Shown one piece after another: positions 30,587-42,527 of a stretch of 64,000 nucleotides of DNA. A program made the position numbers and the translations under genes. Each line of letters starts with the position of its first letter. The first letter of the stretch is position 1. The notes under the pieces are model-generated. The model was not told the origin of the DNA, ran no database searches, and saw only the letters and a list, made by a program, of their open reading frames with translations. Origin of the DNA: an uncultured Acidobacteriota bacterium (GTDB taxonomy: Bacteria > Acidobacteriota > Thermoanaerobaculia > Multivoradales > UBA5704); contig CAWCIU010000018.1 of the NCBI GenBank assembly GCA_963795735.1, forward strand, positions 1,484,684 to 1,548,683, read 5' to 3'.

Positions 30587-32880
30587 TCAGCCCGGGTTCA
30601 GGATCACCGGGTTCAGGATCACCGGATTGACCGGACCGCCCGGCCCGACGACGACCGGATCCTGCACCAGCCAGAACCAGGCCTCGAAGTCGCCTCCCCG
30701 CCGGCCGTCGCCGCTGGGCAAGGAGAAACCCACCTCGGTCCTCCGCAGCCGGCCGAAGGCTTCGCCGTCGAGGAAGAGACTCGGATCCTCCGCGCTCCAG
30801 ATGAACCGCCCCTTGAGGACCACCTGTAACAGCAGACGGAAGCCGGGGGTCCGGTTGGGGTCCAGCCGCTGGAGCAGGACGCTCTGCAGCCACCGTCTGC
30901 ATAAAATCGTCGGAGCCCACTGCGCGCCGGTCTCAGCGAGGGTGACCGTTCCGTCCAGGAGGAGGGGCTGGAAACCGACGACGCCGGCAAAGTCCCCCAG
31001 GAGACCGCCGCCGATGCCCTGGGGGAAGGGCACGTGGAGGATGATCTGGAAGTTCGGCTTGGGGGGGAAGGGCGGCTGATTCTGCGTCGCGACGATCGGC
31101 GGGAAGCTGAAGACGTCGGCCAGCTTCCGGTCGGTGGTCACCAGCAGACCGTCGAGCAGCCGGCCAATGCCCACCAGGGAGTCGTTGTCCAGCGACTTCT
31201 TGTCCGCCAGAGCCGTGACTCCCCGCACCACAACCCCGGCATCCCTGTTGTGGCCGGCATTGAAATGGACCAACTGGCCAGGGAATGGATTGCCTGCAAC
31301 GTCCAGCGGTACGGCCTCGACGCGCTGGCGGGGGTCGGCCGCGTCGTCGCCGAGGGTCCAGAAGCAGGCGGCGAGACCCTCAGCGTCCGTGGTTACCACG
31401 AGCTCCGGGGCCAGGGCCGTGGCGGCGCGGTCCGAGCCCAGTTGCCCCTTCCCCTCCACGACCCGGAACATCACCTGGACCCCGGGCTGGGGCCAGCGGC
31501 CGTTGGATACACGCACCTCCAAGGGCTGGGGCAGCATCTCCCCGGAGCCGGCCTCCTGGCCGTCTCCTCCGACGTAACAGAGCTGGACCAGCTCGGTGAC
31601 CGCCGGGAAGACCGGCCGGCAGTCGTGGACATTGGAAAACTTCTTGGTGCCGGCATCGAAGTCTGCCACGGCCAGCTTGCAGAAGTGATGGGTCACGCCG
31701 TCGGGGGGCAGGGCCGCGGGTTTCCCGCCCTCCTGGGGCCATTCGATGTCCCCCGAGAATTCGCCGATGAAAGCGCGGGCGGGGATCAGCCAGTAGTCCC
31801 CCGCGCGGTAGGTGCCCGGCTCGAAGCGGATCTCGACGCCGTCCTCCAGCTTCAGCCAGCCGTCGTCGTCGGCCGCCAGGGCGACGGTAGCCTCCGGCGC
31901 GTTCCAGAGGCGAACCTTGGGGGTGCCCGGAAACTCCGCCGGATCGAGGGCCACGCCGAGCGTGAGGACGTTCCCCGCCACGTCCTGGAGCTGGGTCAAC
32001 GGGCCGGGCCTCCCCTGGATCTCGTGGAAGTCGTCGGTGACCTCTACCCACTGCCCGGTGGCGAAGCCCTGGACTTTGTCGCGGCCGGCGTCGGGCACGG
32101 TGAGCTTGGTGGGCTGGGACGGGTCGAGCCGCTGGCCGGCGGAGACCACCGAACCGTTGTCCCGCGACCACTTGAAGGTCGCCTTGCCCAGGGATCCCCC
32201 TGGTGGACCTCCACCCGGTAGAGCTGGTTCTCCAGGCGGGTGTAGCCGGCGCTGGCCGGCACGATGCACGTCTCCTGGGGCGGCTCGCCCGGATGGGTCC
32301 GCGCCCGCAGCCTGCCGGTGGGCGCCGCGATCGTGTCCTCCCAGGCCCGGGGGGCGGAAAGGCAGTGCGATCCGGCGTCCACCGCGATCAGCTTCACCTG
32401 CCAGAAGGTCTGGGTGCGGGTAGCCGTGTCGGGGCCGCCCAGGGCCGTCTCGCGGATGCCCGGGTCTTCCAGGGCGGTGACGTGCCGCCGCCAGGCGTCG
32501 ACGAAGGCGAAGTAGCTCCCGGTCGCGGCCGGCAGCGCCGGCTGGAGGCGGGCGTCAAGCGCGGGATCGAGCCCCGCGAGCTGCGCCGTGTAGGCGGCGT
32601 CCGCCGGACCCAGCTCGCAGAGGAGGCCGTCCACATAGAGCCGGCCGGCGGTGAAGGTGAGGTCGGTGGCATCGGGGTTGAGGCCCACCTCGAAGCCGCC
32701 ACCGGCGCGCGGCGCGCCGCAGGGGCCGATCAGGTCGCCCGCGGCCGTCTCGCGGAGATATGCGTCGATGTCGACCTGCTCGTTCCAGTCGGCGTCGAGC
32801 TGCACGCGCCCCTGCTGCTGGCGGACGCCGCTGTAACGCTTGGCGGGTTTGAAGGTCGATCGGGTGAAGTCGCCTTTCAT
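30587..32880 (-). CDS. eCIS DUF6519 protein with Ig-like C-terminal region (frameshift ~32205)
   Basis: MKGDFTR, QQGRVQLDADWNE, ENQLYRVEVH, FKWSRDNGSV, DYWLIPAR, GGDGQEA. Confidence 0.8.
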
Positions 32881-32893
32881 GATGGCTCCTCGT

Positions 32894-34875
32894 TCAGGTG
32901 GCAAAGAAGATTCCGGCCTCCAGGCCGACCCGCAGATACTCCTCGAGGCGGATGCGGAGGCCGTCCTCCCGCTGGGGCTGGCGCAGGCTGGAGAACGCGC
33001 CCATCTCGGACTCGTCCTCGGCGCCGCGCCGGATCTCCGGCGGAGTGTCGGTGGTCAACTGGCAGTAGCCCGGGTCGCCGTAGCGCAGCGAGGTGAACCG
33101 CGGGCGCAGCCGCGCCGCCGCCTCCAGCGTCTCGTCGGGAGGCTGGCAGTGATAGCGGCGGGGGGTATGGGAGCCCGGGGGCACGTGGCAGAAGCGCACG
33201 CACCCCTCCTGGCGGCGCCGGGAGGTGACCGGGTCCAGGAACAGGCTGTTCTCGGCCAGGGCGAGCCCGGTGGTGGAGACCGCGCCGAGCACCGTGCAGC
33301 GGGAAGTGGTGAGAGGACCGCCCGGCGACGTACCGTCGAGGGCGGCGTAAGCCGGATCGCTGACGCCGTCCACGATCGAGTCGCTCAGGCTGACCCGCGT
33401 CTCGGGATCGGTCCGCACCCCGCCCACGATCGAGCGCTCCAGGCTCACCTTGGCCGAGCCCGGCTCCACGATCAGGGCCGGCAGGCTTCCTCCCGGCGCC
33501 AGCGTCGCGTGCTGGAGCCGGACGCGGTCGGGCGAACCGGTGACCCGCAGGGTGCCGCCGGCGATCAGGAGACCGTTGATCTCGAAGCCGCTCTGCTCTC
33601 CACCGGAGATCGTTCAACTCTCCGGGAAGCAGGAGCGCCGCGCGCTGCTCGTCGGCGGCGCGGATCTCCAGGCGCCCTTGGGCCGGGATCGCCGGTACCG
33701 CCAGCGCCTCGGCGTAGGCGCGGCTGTCGAGGATCTCGATCACCGCCGAGCCCGCGCCGTTCCAACTGTCGAGAGCGGCCTGCAGGGTGGTCAAAGCCGC
33801 CGGGACCGGCATTCTCTCCGACCTGAAGATGGGCCTCTCCCGCGATCCGGGTGAAGGAAGCCTCGCGCTGGTAGGGGCCGCCCCCCAGGTCGTCGCTGAA
33901 GCCGTAGGCGTAGCTCACCCGCACCTTGGCCGGATCTTTGGCCGCCGGGAAGGACAGGCGTCCGAGCACGGGATCGACCGCCACCTTGCCGTCCGGGCGG
34001 GGGCGGTTCCAGTCGGTCAGATCGCAGGCGACGATCGTCCCCGCGGGCACGAGAGCGCCGTCGTCCCAGACCTCCAGGCTGGCGCCGTAGTAGCTGGAAA
34101 GGTCGGCATGGAAGGCCCGGCGCCGGATGGGGACCGGCACGTTCAGCTCCTCCGCGATCTGCGTGGCGGACGTCTCGGCGACCGGAGCGTGGAACAGCGG
34201 CCCGTCCAGACCGAGGACGTTGAAGGTGAAGCCCCGGCCGGTGCCGTCCGCCGGCTTCGGGGTAACCCGCTCCAGGGGATATGCCTGGAGCCGCCAGAGG
34301 AAGAGGCCGACGTTGGGGATGTCGTAGCGCCCCCGGCCCACAGCGATGCGGCGCACCTCGGCAGAGTGGGCCGCGGTCTCGAAGGGTCCCCCCAGCAACT
34401 CCAGGTCCCCCGTCCGGCGCAGGTCCGGCGTGCGCAGGTTGCCGGGGCGGACGTGGTTGACGTTCTGGGTGGTCTCCAATCGCTCGAAGTACTCCACCAC
34501 TCGGGCGGGCCAGCCGGTGACGTCGCGGGCCAGCCGTTCCAGCATGGCGGCGGTCCCCTTGGCCTGGCGGTAGCCCAGGGTGTTGGCCACCTCGGCCCGC
34601 CGGTTGCCGGCGCCGTTGGTGCCGCGCACCCCGATGAGGTCGCCGATGTAGGGCACCGCCCACGGCTCGCAGGTCTCGACGAACCAGTTCTCGTAGAGCT
34701 GGAAGATGTCGCGCTCGAGGAGGGTGGCCTGGGCGGCGAGGATCTCGACCAGGTCGCGCAAGGGGCCTTGCTGGAGGCCCTGCCGAGCGGCCTGCTCCGC
34801 GTCGCGCTGGCGGTGGACGGCGGGCAGGAGCCGGTATAGGCGATCAGTATCGTAGTTCTTGGTCAAATTGCTCAC
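32894..34875 (-). CDS. eCIS baseplate-associated tail protein (frameshifts ~33800, ~33590)
   Basis: RLYRLLPAVHRQRD, WFVETCEPWAVPYIGDLIG, RRAEVANT, KGT..LE.LARDVTGW; end GAEDESEMGAF..RLEEYL. Confidence 0.8.
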
Positions 34876-37679
34876 AGGATGGCCTCCGCAGCGACGGGAA
34901 CCGGCGAGAGGGTCAGGATCTGGGCGCGCAGCGCCCGGCCCGCGCCGTCGATGCGCGCCGGCAGCGCCGTCAGCCGGTCTTCCAGCGCTGGACTCTCGTC
35001 GTCGCGATACAGCAGGTCGACGTCCACATAGGTGACCCCCGCCACCCCCTGGGCGACCGCCATCACCGCGGAGAGGAAGACGCTCTGGCCGAAGTCGCGG
35101 GCCGCGAAGGAGAACACCTGCCGCAGCGCCGCCTCGACCCCGGCGAGCACGATCTCGCGGCCATAGTCCGGGTCCACCTTCACCTTCAGCCGGAGACGGA
35201 AGAGGAGATGCTCGTAGGTCTCCACCGCCAGCGCCTGGAAGGGGTCGCGCAGCCGGTCCAGGGCCTCGCGGAAGTTCCTGTCGAGGGCGGAGCCGGGGGT
35301 CACCGGCGCGCCGCCCACCCCGGCGACAGTGAGGTGGACGAGCCGGCGCCCGGCGGCCCATAGCATCCGCGCCTGCGCCTTGCCGATGCCGCTGAAGGAG
35401 CGGGCAAAGTCCTCGAAGTCGCGCAGCGAGACCACGCGGTCGAGGGTCAGCACGGTCATCGGGGCGTTCCGCCGGGCCTGGTCGCGCGCCTCGGGGTCGG
35501 CGGCGCCGGTGGCTGGCACCGGATTGGTCACGCTCTTCACCCCCAGAGGGCGGGTGGCAAGCAGCGAGATGCGCTCCTCCCCCACCAGGCCGGGCAGGCC
35601 GATGCCGGTGCGGTAGACGGCCTCCACGTTCTCCACCCCGCTGGGCAGCCGGGCGCCGTGGACGCCGTCGCCGAAGCGCACGGTGGTGTTGCCCTCGTCG
35701 TCGCGGCGCAGGGCATACCGCCGGTCGCGGGGGCCGAGCTGGTAGAGGTCGGGGGCCTCGTGCCAGAGCACGCCGTTGACCCGCACCTCCAGCGTGCTCT
35801 CGCCGCCCCCGGCCACCGGCGCCGGCACGTAGGTCAGCGGCTTCTGCCGCAGCCGGAAGCGCTGGAACCGCTTCGAGGCGTCGCCGGCTCCCAGCACCTC
35901 GCGCCGGGTCTCGCCGTGGGTGGCCGGGGCTACGTTGGCGAGCACCGAGACGGTGGTGCGGTCGAACAGGTTGGCCAGCGCGCCGGTGAGCTGGAGGGTG
36001 GTCCGCTCCTTGTCCGGCGTGATCTCGGCGAGGAAGGCGACCTCGGCCACGACCGGATCGTCCTTCTCGGCGGGGATCAGGGTCAGCGGCGGCCCCTCGG
36101 GCCGGAGGGGAGGAAGCTCGAAGCCTCCGCCCAGGACGATGACGGAAGGCGGCCGGAGATCCTCGGCTTCGACAAGGCGATGGCCGTCCGGCCGGCGACA
36201 GCCAGACGCCCGGCCGCTGCGAGCTCCAAAGGCCGGAAACGCTCCCGCTCCGGAGCGCTCTCCGCTTCCAGGGTGACGGTCCCCGCGAATCCGTCGCGGT
36301 CCCGCAGATGCCAGATCGTCGAAGACCCCTGGACGGACTGCGACAGCACTTCCAGCGTCTCCCCGACCTGGAGAGCGGACCTCGCCGGAGCCGTCCTCCG
36401 CCTTGAGCACCAGCTTCTCCCTATCCACCCGCGCCCGCATCCGCTGGCCCTGGACGATCACCGCCCGCCCCTGCACCAGGCCGCCGGCCAGGCCGTCCAG
36501 CACGATCGAATCGCCTTTCACCGGAGAGATCACGACCCTCTGGGCCAGCGCCAGCTCCTCGCTCTCGGCGAAGACGGCGGTCTCGCGCAGCTTGAACACC
36601 GCCGGGTCCACTCTTGGCTCCACTTCGAGATTGGTGACGCGGGCCGAAAGCGTGAAATCCGACCGGGAGAGGGTGTCCACGGAGGTCACTCGAACGAGTT
36701 GGAGACTGATGCCGATCTTCAGCACCACCCAGCTCTCCGGCGCGATCCGGGGATAGGCGGCGTCGAGGTCGATCGTCGCCGTGGATCCGGTGAGGGTGAA
36801 ACCCGGCCACTCCGTGAGCTTCAGATCCGGATCGCCGTACGCCTTCCGGATCGAGTCCGGCATTCCCTTCCAGGCGGGAGCGTTGGCGCCGAAGAGCGCG
36901 GCCCGCTGGCGCAGGGCGTAGACCCGGGGCGCCGGATCGGACGGGACGGTCAGCGCCCTTTCCCACGCCACCCGGGTGACGGCCGCAGCGCTGTCCGCCG
37001 CAACCTCCGTGAGGAGGCAGAAATCGAACTTCGTGGAGTCGCCGTCCGCCACGATCAGTAGGGCGTCGCCCGGCCGGAGCTGGGTGGCGACGCCGGCCAG
37101 GAAGAGCGACGTGCCTGCGATCGTCTGGTCTTCCAGCCGCTGCGGCCGCAGGGCGTTCCACTCCGGACGGGCGACGAGGTCGGCGCCGGTCTCGAAGCTC
37201 TGGGGAAGCTCGCTCTTGGTCGGCAAGCTCTGGGCGCGGGTTCCGGCGGGAACGGTCACCTGCCGCGGCGAGCCGGGCGAGCCGTCGAGGGTAAAGGCCA
37301 GCCAGGTGGAGGTCGCCACCCCGGGGCGCAGCTCGTAGCCGATGGTGCGCGCCAGCTCCAGCAGGCTCCGGCGCTCGGTGGCGGTACGCAGGAACCCCTC
37401 GTTGGCGATGCGCTCCTGGTAGAAGGAGAGCACGTCGAGCGTCACCGCCCAGGCGTCGAGGAGAGCGATCGCCGGGTCGTCGTCCGCCCGGGTGGTGAGG
37501 GCTTGCAAGGCCGATTTGGTGGAGATCTCCGCCAGCATCGCGCTCTTGAACCGGGAGTGGGTCCCCACCCGGTAGGCGAGGGCCGAGAGGCCGGGCCGGC
37601 TGGCGAGGTGGACCGGCGCGGGTCCACCCGTCCCCTGGCAGCAGCCGCACGAGCAGGGGGTCTGCGAATCGCCGCTCAC
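34872..37679 (-). CDS. eCIS baseplate J-like wedge protein 2
   Basis: N-terminal CSCGCC; DVLSFYQERIANEGFLRTA, FGDGVHGARLPSG, RVVSLRDFEDFAR; internal frame slip ~36150-36375. Confidence 0.85.
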   Translation of the reverse strand: MSGDSQTPCSCGCCQGTGGPAPVHLASRPGLSALAYRVGTHSRFKSAMLAEISTKSALQALTTRADDDPAIALLDAWAVTLDVLSFYQERIANEGFLRTATERRSLLELARTIGYELRPGVATSTWLAFTLDGSPGSPRQVTVPAGTRAQSLPTKSELPQSFETGADLVARPEWNALRPQRLEDQTIAGTSLFLAGVATQLRPGDALLIVADGDSTKFDFCLLTEVAADSAAAVTRVAWERALTVPSDPAPRVYALRQRAALFGANAPAWKGMPDSIRKAYGDPDLKLTEWPGFTLTGSTATIDLDAAYPRIAPESWVVLKIGISLQLVRVTSVDTLSRSDFTLSARVTNLEVEPRVDPAVFKLRETAVFAESEELALAQRVVISPVKGDSIVLDGLAGGLVQGRAVIVQGQRMRARVDREKLVLKAEDGSGEVRSPGRGDAGSAVAVRPGVFDDLASAGPRRIRGDRHPGSGERSGAGAFPAFGARSGRASGCRRPDGHRLVEAEDLRPPSVIVLGGGFELPPLRPEGPPLTLIPAEKDDPVVAEVAFLAEITPDKERTTLQLTGALANLFDRTTVSVLANVAPATHGETRREVLGAGDASKRFQRFRLRQKPLTYVPAPVAGGGESTLEVRVNGVLWHEAPDLYQLGPRDRRYALRRDDEGNTTVRFGDGVHGARLPSGVENVEAVYRTGIGLPGLVGEERISLLATRPLGVKSVTNPVPATGAADPEARDQARRNAPMTVLTLDRVVSLRDFEDFARSFSGIGKAQARMLWAAGRRLVHLTVAGVGGAPVTPGSALDRNFREALDRLRDPFQALAVETYEHLLFRLRLKVKVDPDYGREIVLAGVEAALRQVFSFAARDFGQSVFLSAVMAVAQGVAGVTYVDVDLLYRDDESPALEDRLTALPARIDGAGRALRAQILTLSPVPVAAEAIL

Positions 37680-40153
37680 TTGCCACCTCCCATCGCCAGC
37701 TCCAGCCGGCCGTTCTCCTGAAAATTGGGATCGTTGGCCAGCTCGGCGATCTCCAGCCGGCCGACGGCGAGCACGCCGTCCTGGATCTCGGTGCCCGCCG
37801 GCCGGCCCCAGCGCTGGAAGCGCTTCACCGCCACCGACTCGACCCCCGCGACTTCGGCGGCCGCGGCATAGATCCGGGAGAGGTAGACCGGCTGGCCGAA
37901 GGTCCACTCGTCGGGATGGAAGAAGCCCCGGCGGCCGTCCGGCAGCAGGCGGGTGCCGAAACGCTCCAGCAGGGCCGCCAGCACTTGGCCACGGAAGTAG
38001 TCCCGCCCGACGCAGACGTCGAGAGAGAGGTCGAGGGGCACCGGCCGCGGGCCGTCCACCTCCAGGTCGTACCCCGCCATGCGGAAGCGCTCCATGTGCT
38101 CGCGCAGGCGGGCCTTGAAGGGGGCGTCCACCGCCCCGCCGCCCAGGCGGTCCACGGTGAGGAAGACGGTGTACCAGCTCCCCGTCCAGCGGAACGTCGC
38201 CGCTGCCCGCTGCACCTCGGGGTGGCGCTCGGCCACCGCCGCGTAGTCGGCCTCGGTGACCGCCCGCTGCTGGAGGCGGAAGGCCTGCGGCGCATACAGC
38301 CGCGCCTCCTCCAGGCTTTCTGGCTCCACGCCCCCCGCCGCCGGCAGCGGGTTGCGCACGGTCTCGATCCCCTCCGCCAGGCCCGGAGCGAAGGCCACCT
38401 GGGCCAGGGCGCCGGCGCCGACGTTGCCCGCCGCGCCGTTGCCCACCCGGTAGGTGGCGGTGAACGCGGCGCCCTCCACCGGCGCCCGGCCGTTCTCGTC
38501 ATCCCCGAAGCGCAGGCGGGCCCGGCCGTCCTCCTCCACCTCGGCGACGAAGGCGCGGTCGAAGCGGCCGTTCGCCAGCAGGTCCGGCGCCGGCTTCCAG
38601 TCCTGGCCACCGGAGCGCAGCGTGACGAGCGGAACGGCGCCGGCCGGCCTGGAGCCCGCGGGGAGCGCGGCGGGACCGGCGGCGAATCCCGCCGGCAGCG
38701 CTACCGCCTGGGTGAGCGGGGCGCGCTGGAGCGCTGGCCGGAAGGGGCGGTCGAGCGGGTCCGGCGCCCTGCCCAGATCCTCGTCCACCACTGTGTAGCC
38801 ATGATCCGCCGGCGCGAGATTGCCGCGGGCGACGCTGACGCCGTCGATGGGCATCGCCCCGTGCTCGTCGTCGGTAACCGCGGAGAGGCAGAGCGGGAAC
38901 GGCAGCGCGTCGGCGGCGTCCCACTCCACCTCGACGATCTCCTGGCCGTTCAGCGGATCGGTTCCGGGGCTCACCCGGGTGAGCCGCACCACCTGGCGAT
39001 GGCGGGGATCGGCGTCCGCGCCGGCGCCGGTCTGCGGACCCTTCACTTCTTCCAGCAGCAGGGGCTGGCCGGCCTTCAGGTCGGGCAGCGGTCCCGCCAG
39101 GGTGGCGGTCGTGGCGCCGGCCGGCAGGCAGCACTCGCGATCGCTCCAGGCGTAGAAGGCGATCTCGTCGTGGGCCGGGCGGAGCGTCACCGCGTCGAGG
39201 GTCTCGAAGACCACCGCGCCGGCCGCCTCGGCCTTCGCCAGGTCGGCGGCGGCGATCACCGCGCCGTCCGGGCTCCAGCGGGTGAGCACCGGGGTGCCGG
39301 CCGGCAGGCTCAGGCCATCCGCCGAGGATCCCCGCGCACGGTGAACGCCACCCAGGCGCGGGCGTTCGTCCCCTCATGCAGCCGGTAGTCCACCAGCCGG
39401 GCGTGGCGGCGCACCGACACCCGCCGGCGCGCCGTGCCGAGATAGGCCTCGGTGGCGACCGCGTCCTGGTAGTAGCTGAGTTGGTCCCCCACGTAGGCCA
39501 GCAGCTCCACCAGGGCGACCCCGAGGTCCGCCGGGTTGCGCTCCCGCCAGCCCGGCGCGATGGCGCTCAGGCGGTCGAGCATCAGCCTTCGGAAGCTGGC
39601 GTAGTCCTTGGCGAGATAGTTGATCTCGGGCTCGTCCGCCGCCGCGGGCGGGCATTGCGCGTCCGGCTTGCAGTCGAAGTCGCTGGCGCACTCCACCTTG
39701 AAGCTGAATTCGACCTCGGAGAGGCGGGGATCGAAACCCGCCAGCGGAAGGTTCACCGGGTCCGCGGGATCGGCCAGCCGCAGACGGTAGGGGGAGAAAG
39801 TCGCCCGGGGAGTCCGTGCGCACCACGAACAGGTGCCCGTCCTCCTGCGGCGTGGGCGCGAGCTGGTGATCGAGAAAACCTTTCTCCAGCGCCGGCAGGT
39901 CCGCGTACGGCAGCGCCCACATCGGCCGCACCGGCGTGATCCGCACGCCGCCGTCGATCCCCACGTGCTTCAGGCCCAGGGCCGCGGGAACCGGCTTGAG
40001 CAGCCGCACCACCAGGAGGAGCTGGCGCAGGGGCTCCCACTCCGGATGGCCGGCCACCTTGCCGTCCAGCACCTCCAGGAAGTCGATGCCGTTGAGGCTC
40101 GACTTCTCGACCAGCGCGCGGCGCTCCAGGTTGCGGCAGACGTAGCGCGCCAT
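37676..40153 (-). CDS. eCIS baseplate J-like wedge protein 1 (frameshifts ~39795, ~39325)
   Basis: NGIDFLEV, YLAKDYASFRRLMLDRL, QDAVATEAYLGTARRRVS, FGDDENG, RAVTEADY. Confidence 0.85.
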
Positions 40154-40155
40154 CG

Positions 40156-40512
40156 TCAGACCTCCCGGGTGAGCTCGGCCGTGCGGCGCTGGCCGTCGCG
40201 CCGCTGGCGGTAGACCACGGTTACGGTGAGCATCGAGTCCACGCTCACCACGTCGACGCTCTCCACCTGGATGCGGTCCCCCAGCCACTGCTGGAGCGAC
40301 CCCTGCACGGTGAACTGGACGGCGGTCGCCACCACGTCGCCGTTGGGACCGAAGACCTGCCCCAGCAGGCCGCTGCCGAACCCCGGACGGTTCACCCGCT
40401 CCCCCGGCGAGGTGAACAGCACCTGCTCGATCAGGTCGCGCACGTGCTTCTCCTCGTCGGCTTCCGCCGTCCGTCCGCGGCCGTCCACGTGGAAGGGGAA
40501 ATCAATCTGCAT
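40156..40512 (-). CDS. gp25/GPW-like baseplate protein
   Basis: FPF, LFTSPGERVNRPGFGSGL. Confidence 0.92.
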   Translation of the reverse strand: MQIDFPFHVDGRGRTAEADEEKHVRDLIEQVLFTSPGERVNRPGFGSGLLGQVFGPNGDVVATAVQFTVQGSLQQWLGDRIQVESVDVVSVDSMLTVTVVYRQRRDGQRRTAELTREV

Positions 40513-40527
40513 GGTCCCCTCTTTCCA

Positions 40528-40860
40528 TCACATCCCCCTCACCCGCATCTGGCCGGCGATCACCGTCGGCGGCCCCGCGGGGATCTGCTCGGCGCTCAGG
40601 CAGAGCCCCGGGCTGGTTTGCAGGAGCGCCGGCTGGCCGCCTACCATCACCCGCGCCGCGGGGCCGAGCCACTGCACCTTGATGCACGGCTGCGGCTTGC
40701 CGGAAACGTTGAAGGCGCATCCGGCCACCAGCGTGGTGTCGGCCAGGGTGGCCACCGGTTGCCCCGAGACGAGCACGCGCGGGCTACTCGGGATGATCGT
40801 GACCTGGCCCCCATGGGGACAGATCGCCGAGGCGCCCACGTGAAGCAGAAAGCCGGGCAT
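40528..40860 (-). CDS. PAAR-like spike tip protein
   Basis: 110 aa; CPHGG, RVLVSGQPV, GCAF..PC; follows the spike gene. Confidence 0.75.
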   Translation of the reverse strand: MPGFLLHVGASAICPHGGQVTIIPSSPRVLVSGQPVATLADTTLVAGCAFNVSGKPQPCIKVQWLGPAARVMVGGQPALLQTSPGLCLSAEQIPAGPPTVIAGQMRVRGM

Positions 40861-41366
40861 CAGATCACCTCCAGCGCGCCGTTGTTGATCGAGACGCTCG
40901 CGGGCGTGAGCTTGACGCTCGCCGCGCCGTTGCTGAGCTCGATCCCCGAGGCGTTGAAAACCATTTTGAGCGGCGTCGCCACCGCCGGCGGATTGACCTC
41001 CAGGGTGAAGCCGCCGATCCCCGGCAGGTCGGAGAGGGTCAGCGTGATGCTGCCCGTCTTGATCACTTTCATCTGCTCGACCGCGGGCAGCGCCGGCACC
41101 TCCCCGATACCCCAGAAGCAGCCGCTCCAGATCGGATAGTCGGGGTCTCCCGCCTCGAATTCCACCCACAGGTTGGCCCCCATGGGCGGCAGGGCGAAGA
41201 AGCCCACCCCCGAGCCGCCGAACGGAGCGCACGGCATCGCCCAGGCGAGCGACCCCTCGCCGAACACCGCCGGGCAGCTCACCTGCAACCGCCCCATCTG
41301 CTGCGGGTCGATGTTGTTCTCCACCTTGCCGCGGTACTTTCCATAGAACTTCGTGGCCTCGCTCAT
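40860..41366 (-). CDS. Short spike protein (gp5 OB-fold / baseplate assembly V)
   Basis: FYGKYRG, DPQQMGRL, WAMPC, WVEFEAGDPDYPIWSG. Confidence 0.9.
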   Translation of the reverse strand: MSEATKFYGKYRGKVENNIDPQQMGRLQVSCPAVFGEGSLAWAMPCAPFGGSGVGFFALPPMGANLWVEFEAGDPDYPIWSGCFWGIGEVPALPAVEQMKVIKTGSITLTLSDLPGIGGFTLEVNPPAVATPLKMVFNASGIELSNGAASVKLTPASVSINNGALEVI

Positions 41367-42511
41367 GTCGGCACCACCGGAGTCAGGGATCCCCCGCCGT
41401 CGCGTTTGAGGTTGAACTGCTGCTTGTACTCGCCGATCTTCACCGTGTGGGTGACGCTCTTCACGTAATAGATGCCGTCGTGCTGATAGCCGACGCCGCG
41501 CAGCCCCACCAGCCCCCGCGGCTGGAGCAGCGCGCCGTAGGTCAGGGCGTTGAGCTCACCGGTGACGGTCACCGCGCCGTCCACCGAGGCGTCCGTCTGC
41601 CCCTGCGCCCGGCCATAGGACTGGGCCACGTTGAGGCCGCTCTGGCGGAACTGGCGGCGGCGCACGTTCGGCTGCTGCATCAGCCAGGCGGGCATGGCCG
41701 CCAGCGGCACGCGGGTGCTGGCGAGCGTCTTCACCGGCAGGGCCTGATTGGTCAACCGGTCCTGCACCTGGCCGTCCATCAAGACCGGCGCCTGGGAATT
41801 GCTGCTGAAGCTGATCTGATCCACGTTGGTCTCCGCCCCCAGGTTCACCGACAACGCCTTCTGCGGCACCGAGAGGCGCGGCGGCGGCCCCCAGTAGGCC
41901 GTGCTGGTCAGCGGCACCGGCCCCGGCGTGATGAAGAAGACGTAGCCGTACCTCTTGGCCATCTGCTGGAGATAGGCGTAGTCGGTGACCTGCTGCGACG
42001 GAATGCGATCGGTCGGCACCGGCGGATCGATCACCAGCGGCGGGATAACGGTGGGGATCAGCCCATACTGGGCATAAGAAATAATGATCTTGTTGGCGAT
42101 GATCGTCTCGTCCTGCGCCGGGTGCTCGGCCGACTTCTCCTCCTGGTCGAGCATCACGCTGGCGTCCTCGCCGATCACCGTCAGCGTGGAGGTGCCGGGG
42201 CTCCCGCCGGGCGACAGTTGCTGGTGGGTGATGAAGCCGTCCATCAGCACCTGCGGCACGATCCCGAAGGTGACCAGCAGCACGATCCGGTTGAGCGGCT
42301 TGAGCAGCAGCGGATTGCGCAGCACGCCATAATCGATCAGATCGAGCGGGCTCGACCGCCCCACCTTGAAGGTCAGCTCGAACCCCGAGATGCCGCTGTC
42401 GTCATGGGTCACCTTCACCTGCTGGAGCGACTCCATCAGGTCGGGCGGCGCCGGCACCGGCACGGTGGGGCCGATCAGCAGCGTCAAGTGGATTCCCAGC
42501 AGATTGATCAT
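41363..42511 (-). CDS. Baseplate hub protein (gp27 / late control D-like)
   Basis: LMDGFIT, GEDASV, TDYAYLQQMAKRYGY, YYVKSVTH; position in the operon. Confidence 0.75.
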   Translation of the reverse strand: MINLLGIHLTLLIGPTVPVPAPPDLMESLQQVKVTHDDSGISGFELTFKVGRSSPLDLIDYGVLRNPLLLKPLNRIVLLVTFGIVPQVLMDGFITHQQLSPGGSPGTSTLTVIGEDASVMLDQEEKSAEHPAQDETIIANKIIISYAQYGLIPTVIPPLVIDPPVPTDRIPSQQVTDYAYLQQMAKRYGYVFFITPGPVPLTSTAYWGPPPRLSVPQKALSVNLGAETNVDQISFSSNSQAPVLMDGQVQDRLTNQALPVKTLASTRVPLAAMPAWLMQQPNVRRRQFRQSGLNVAQSYGRAQGQTDASVDGAVTVTGELNALTYGALLQPRGLVGLRGVGYQHDGIYYVKSVTHTVKIGEYKQQFNLKRDGGGSLTPVVPT

Positions 42512-42527
42512 CGCGCGCCTTCCACAG

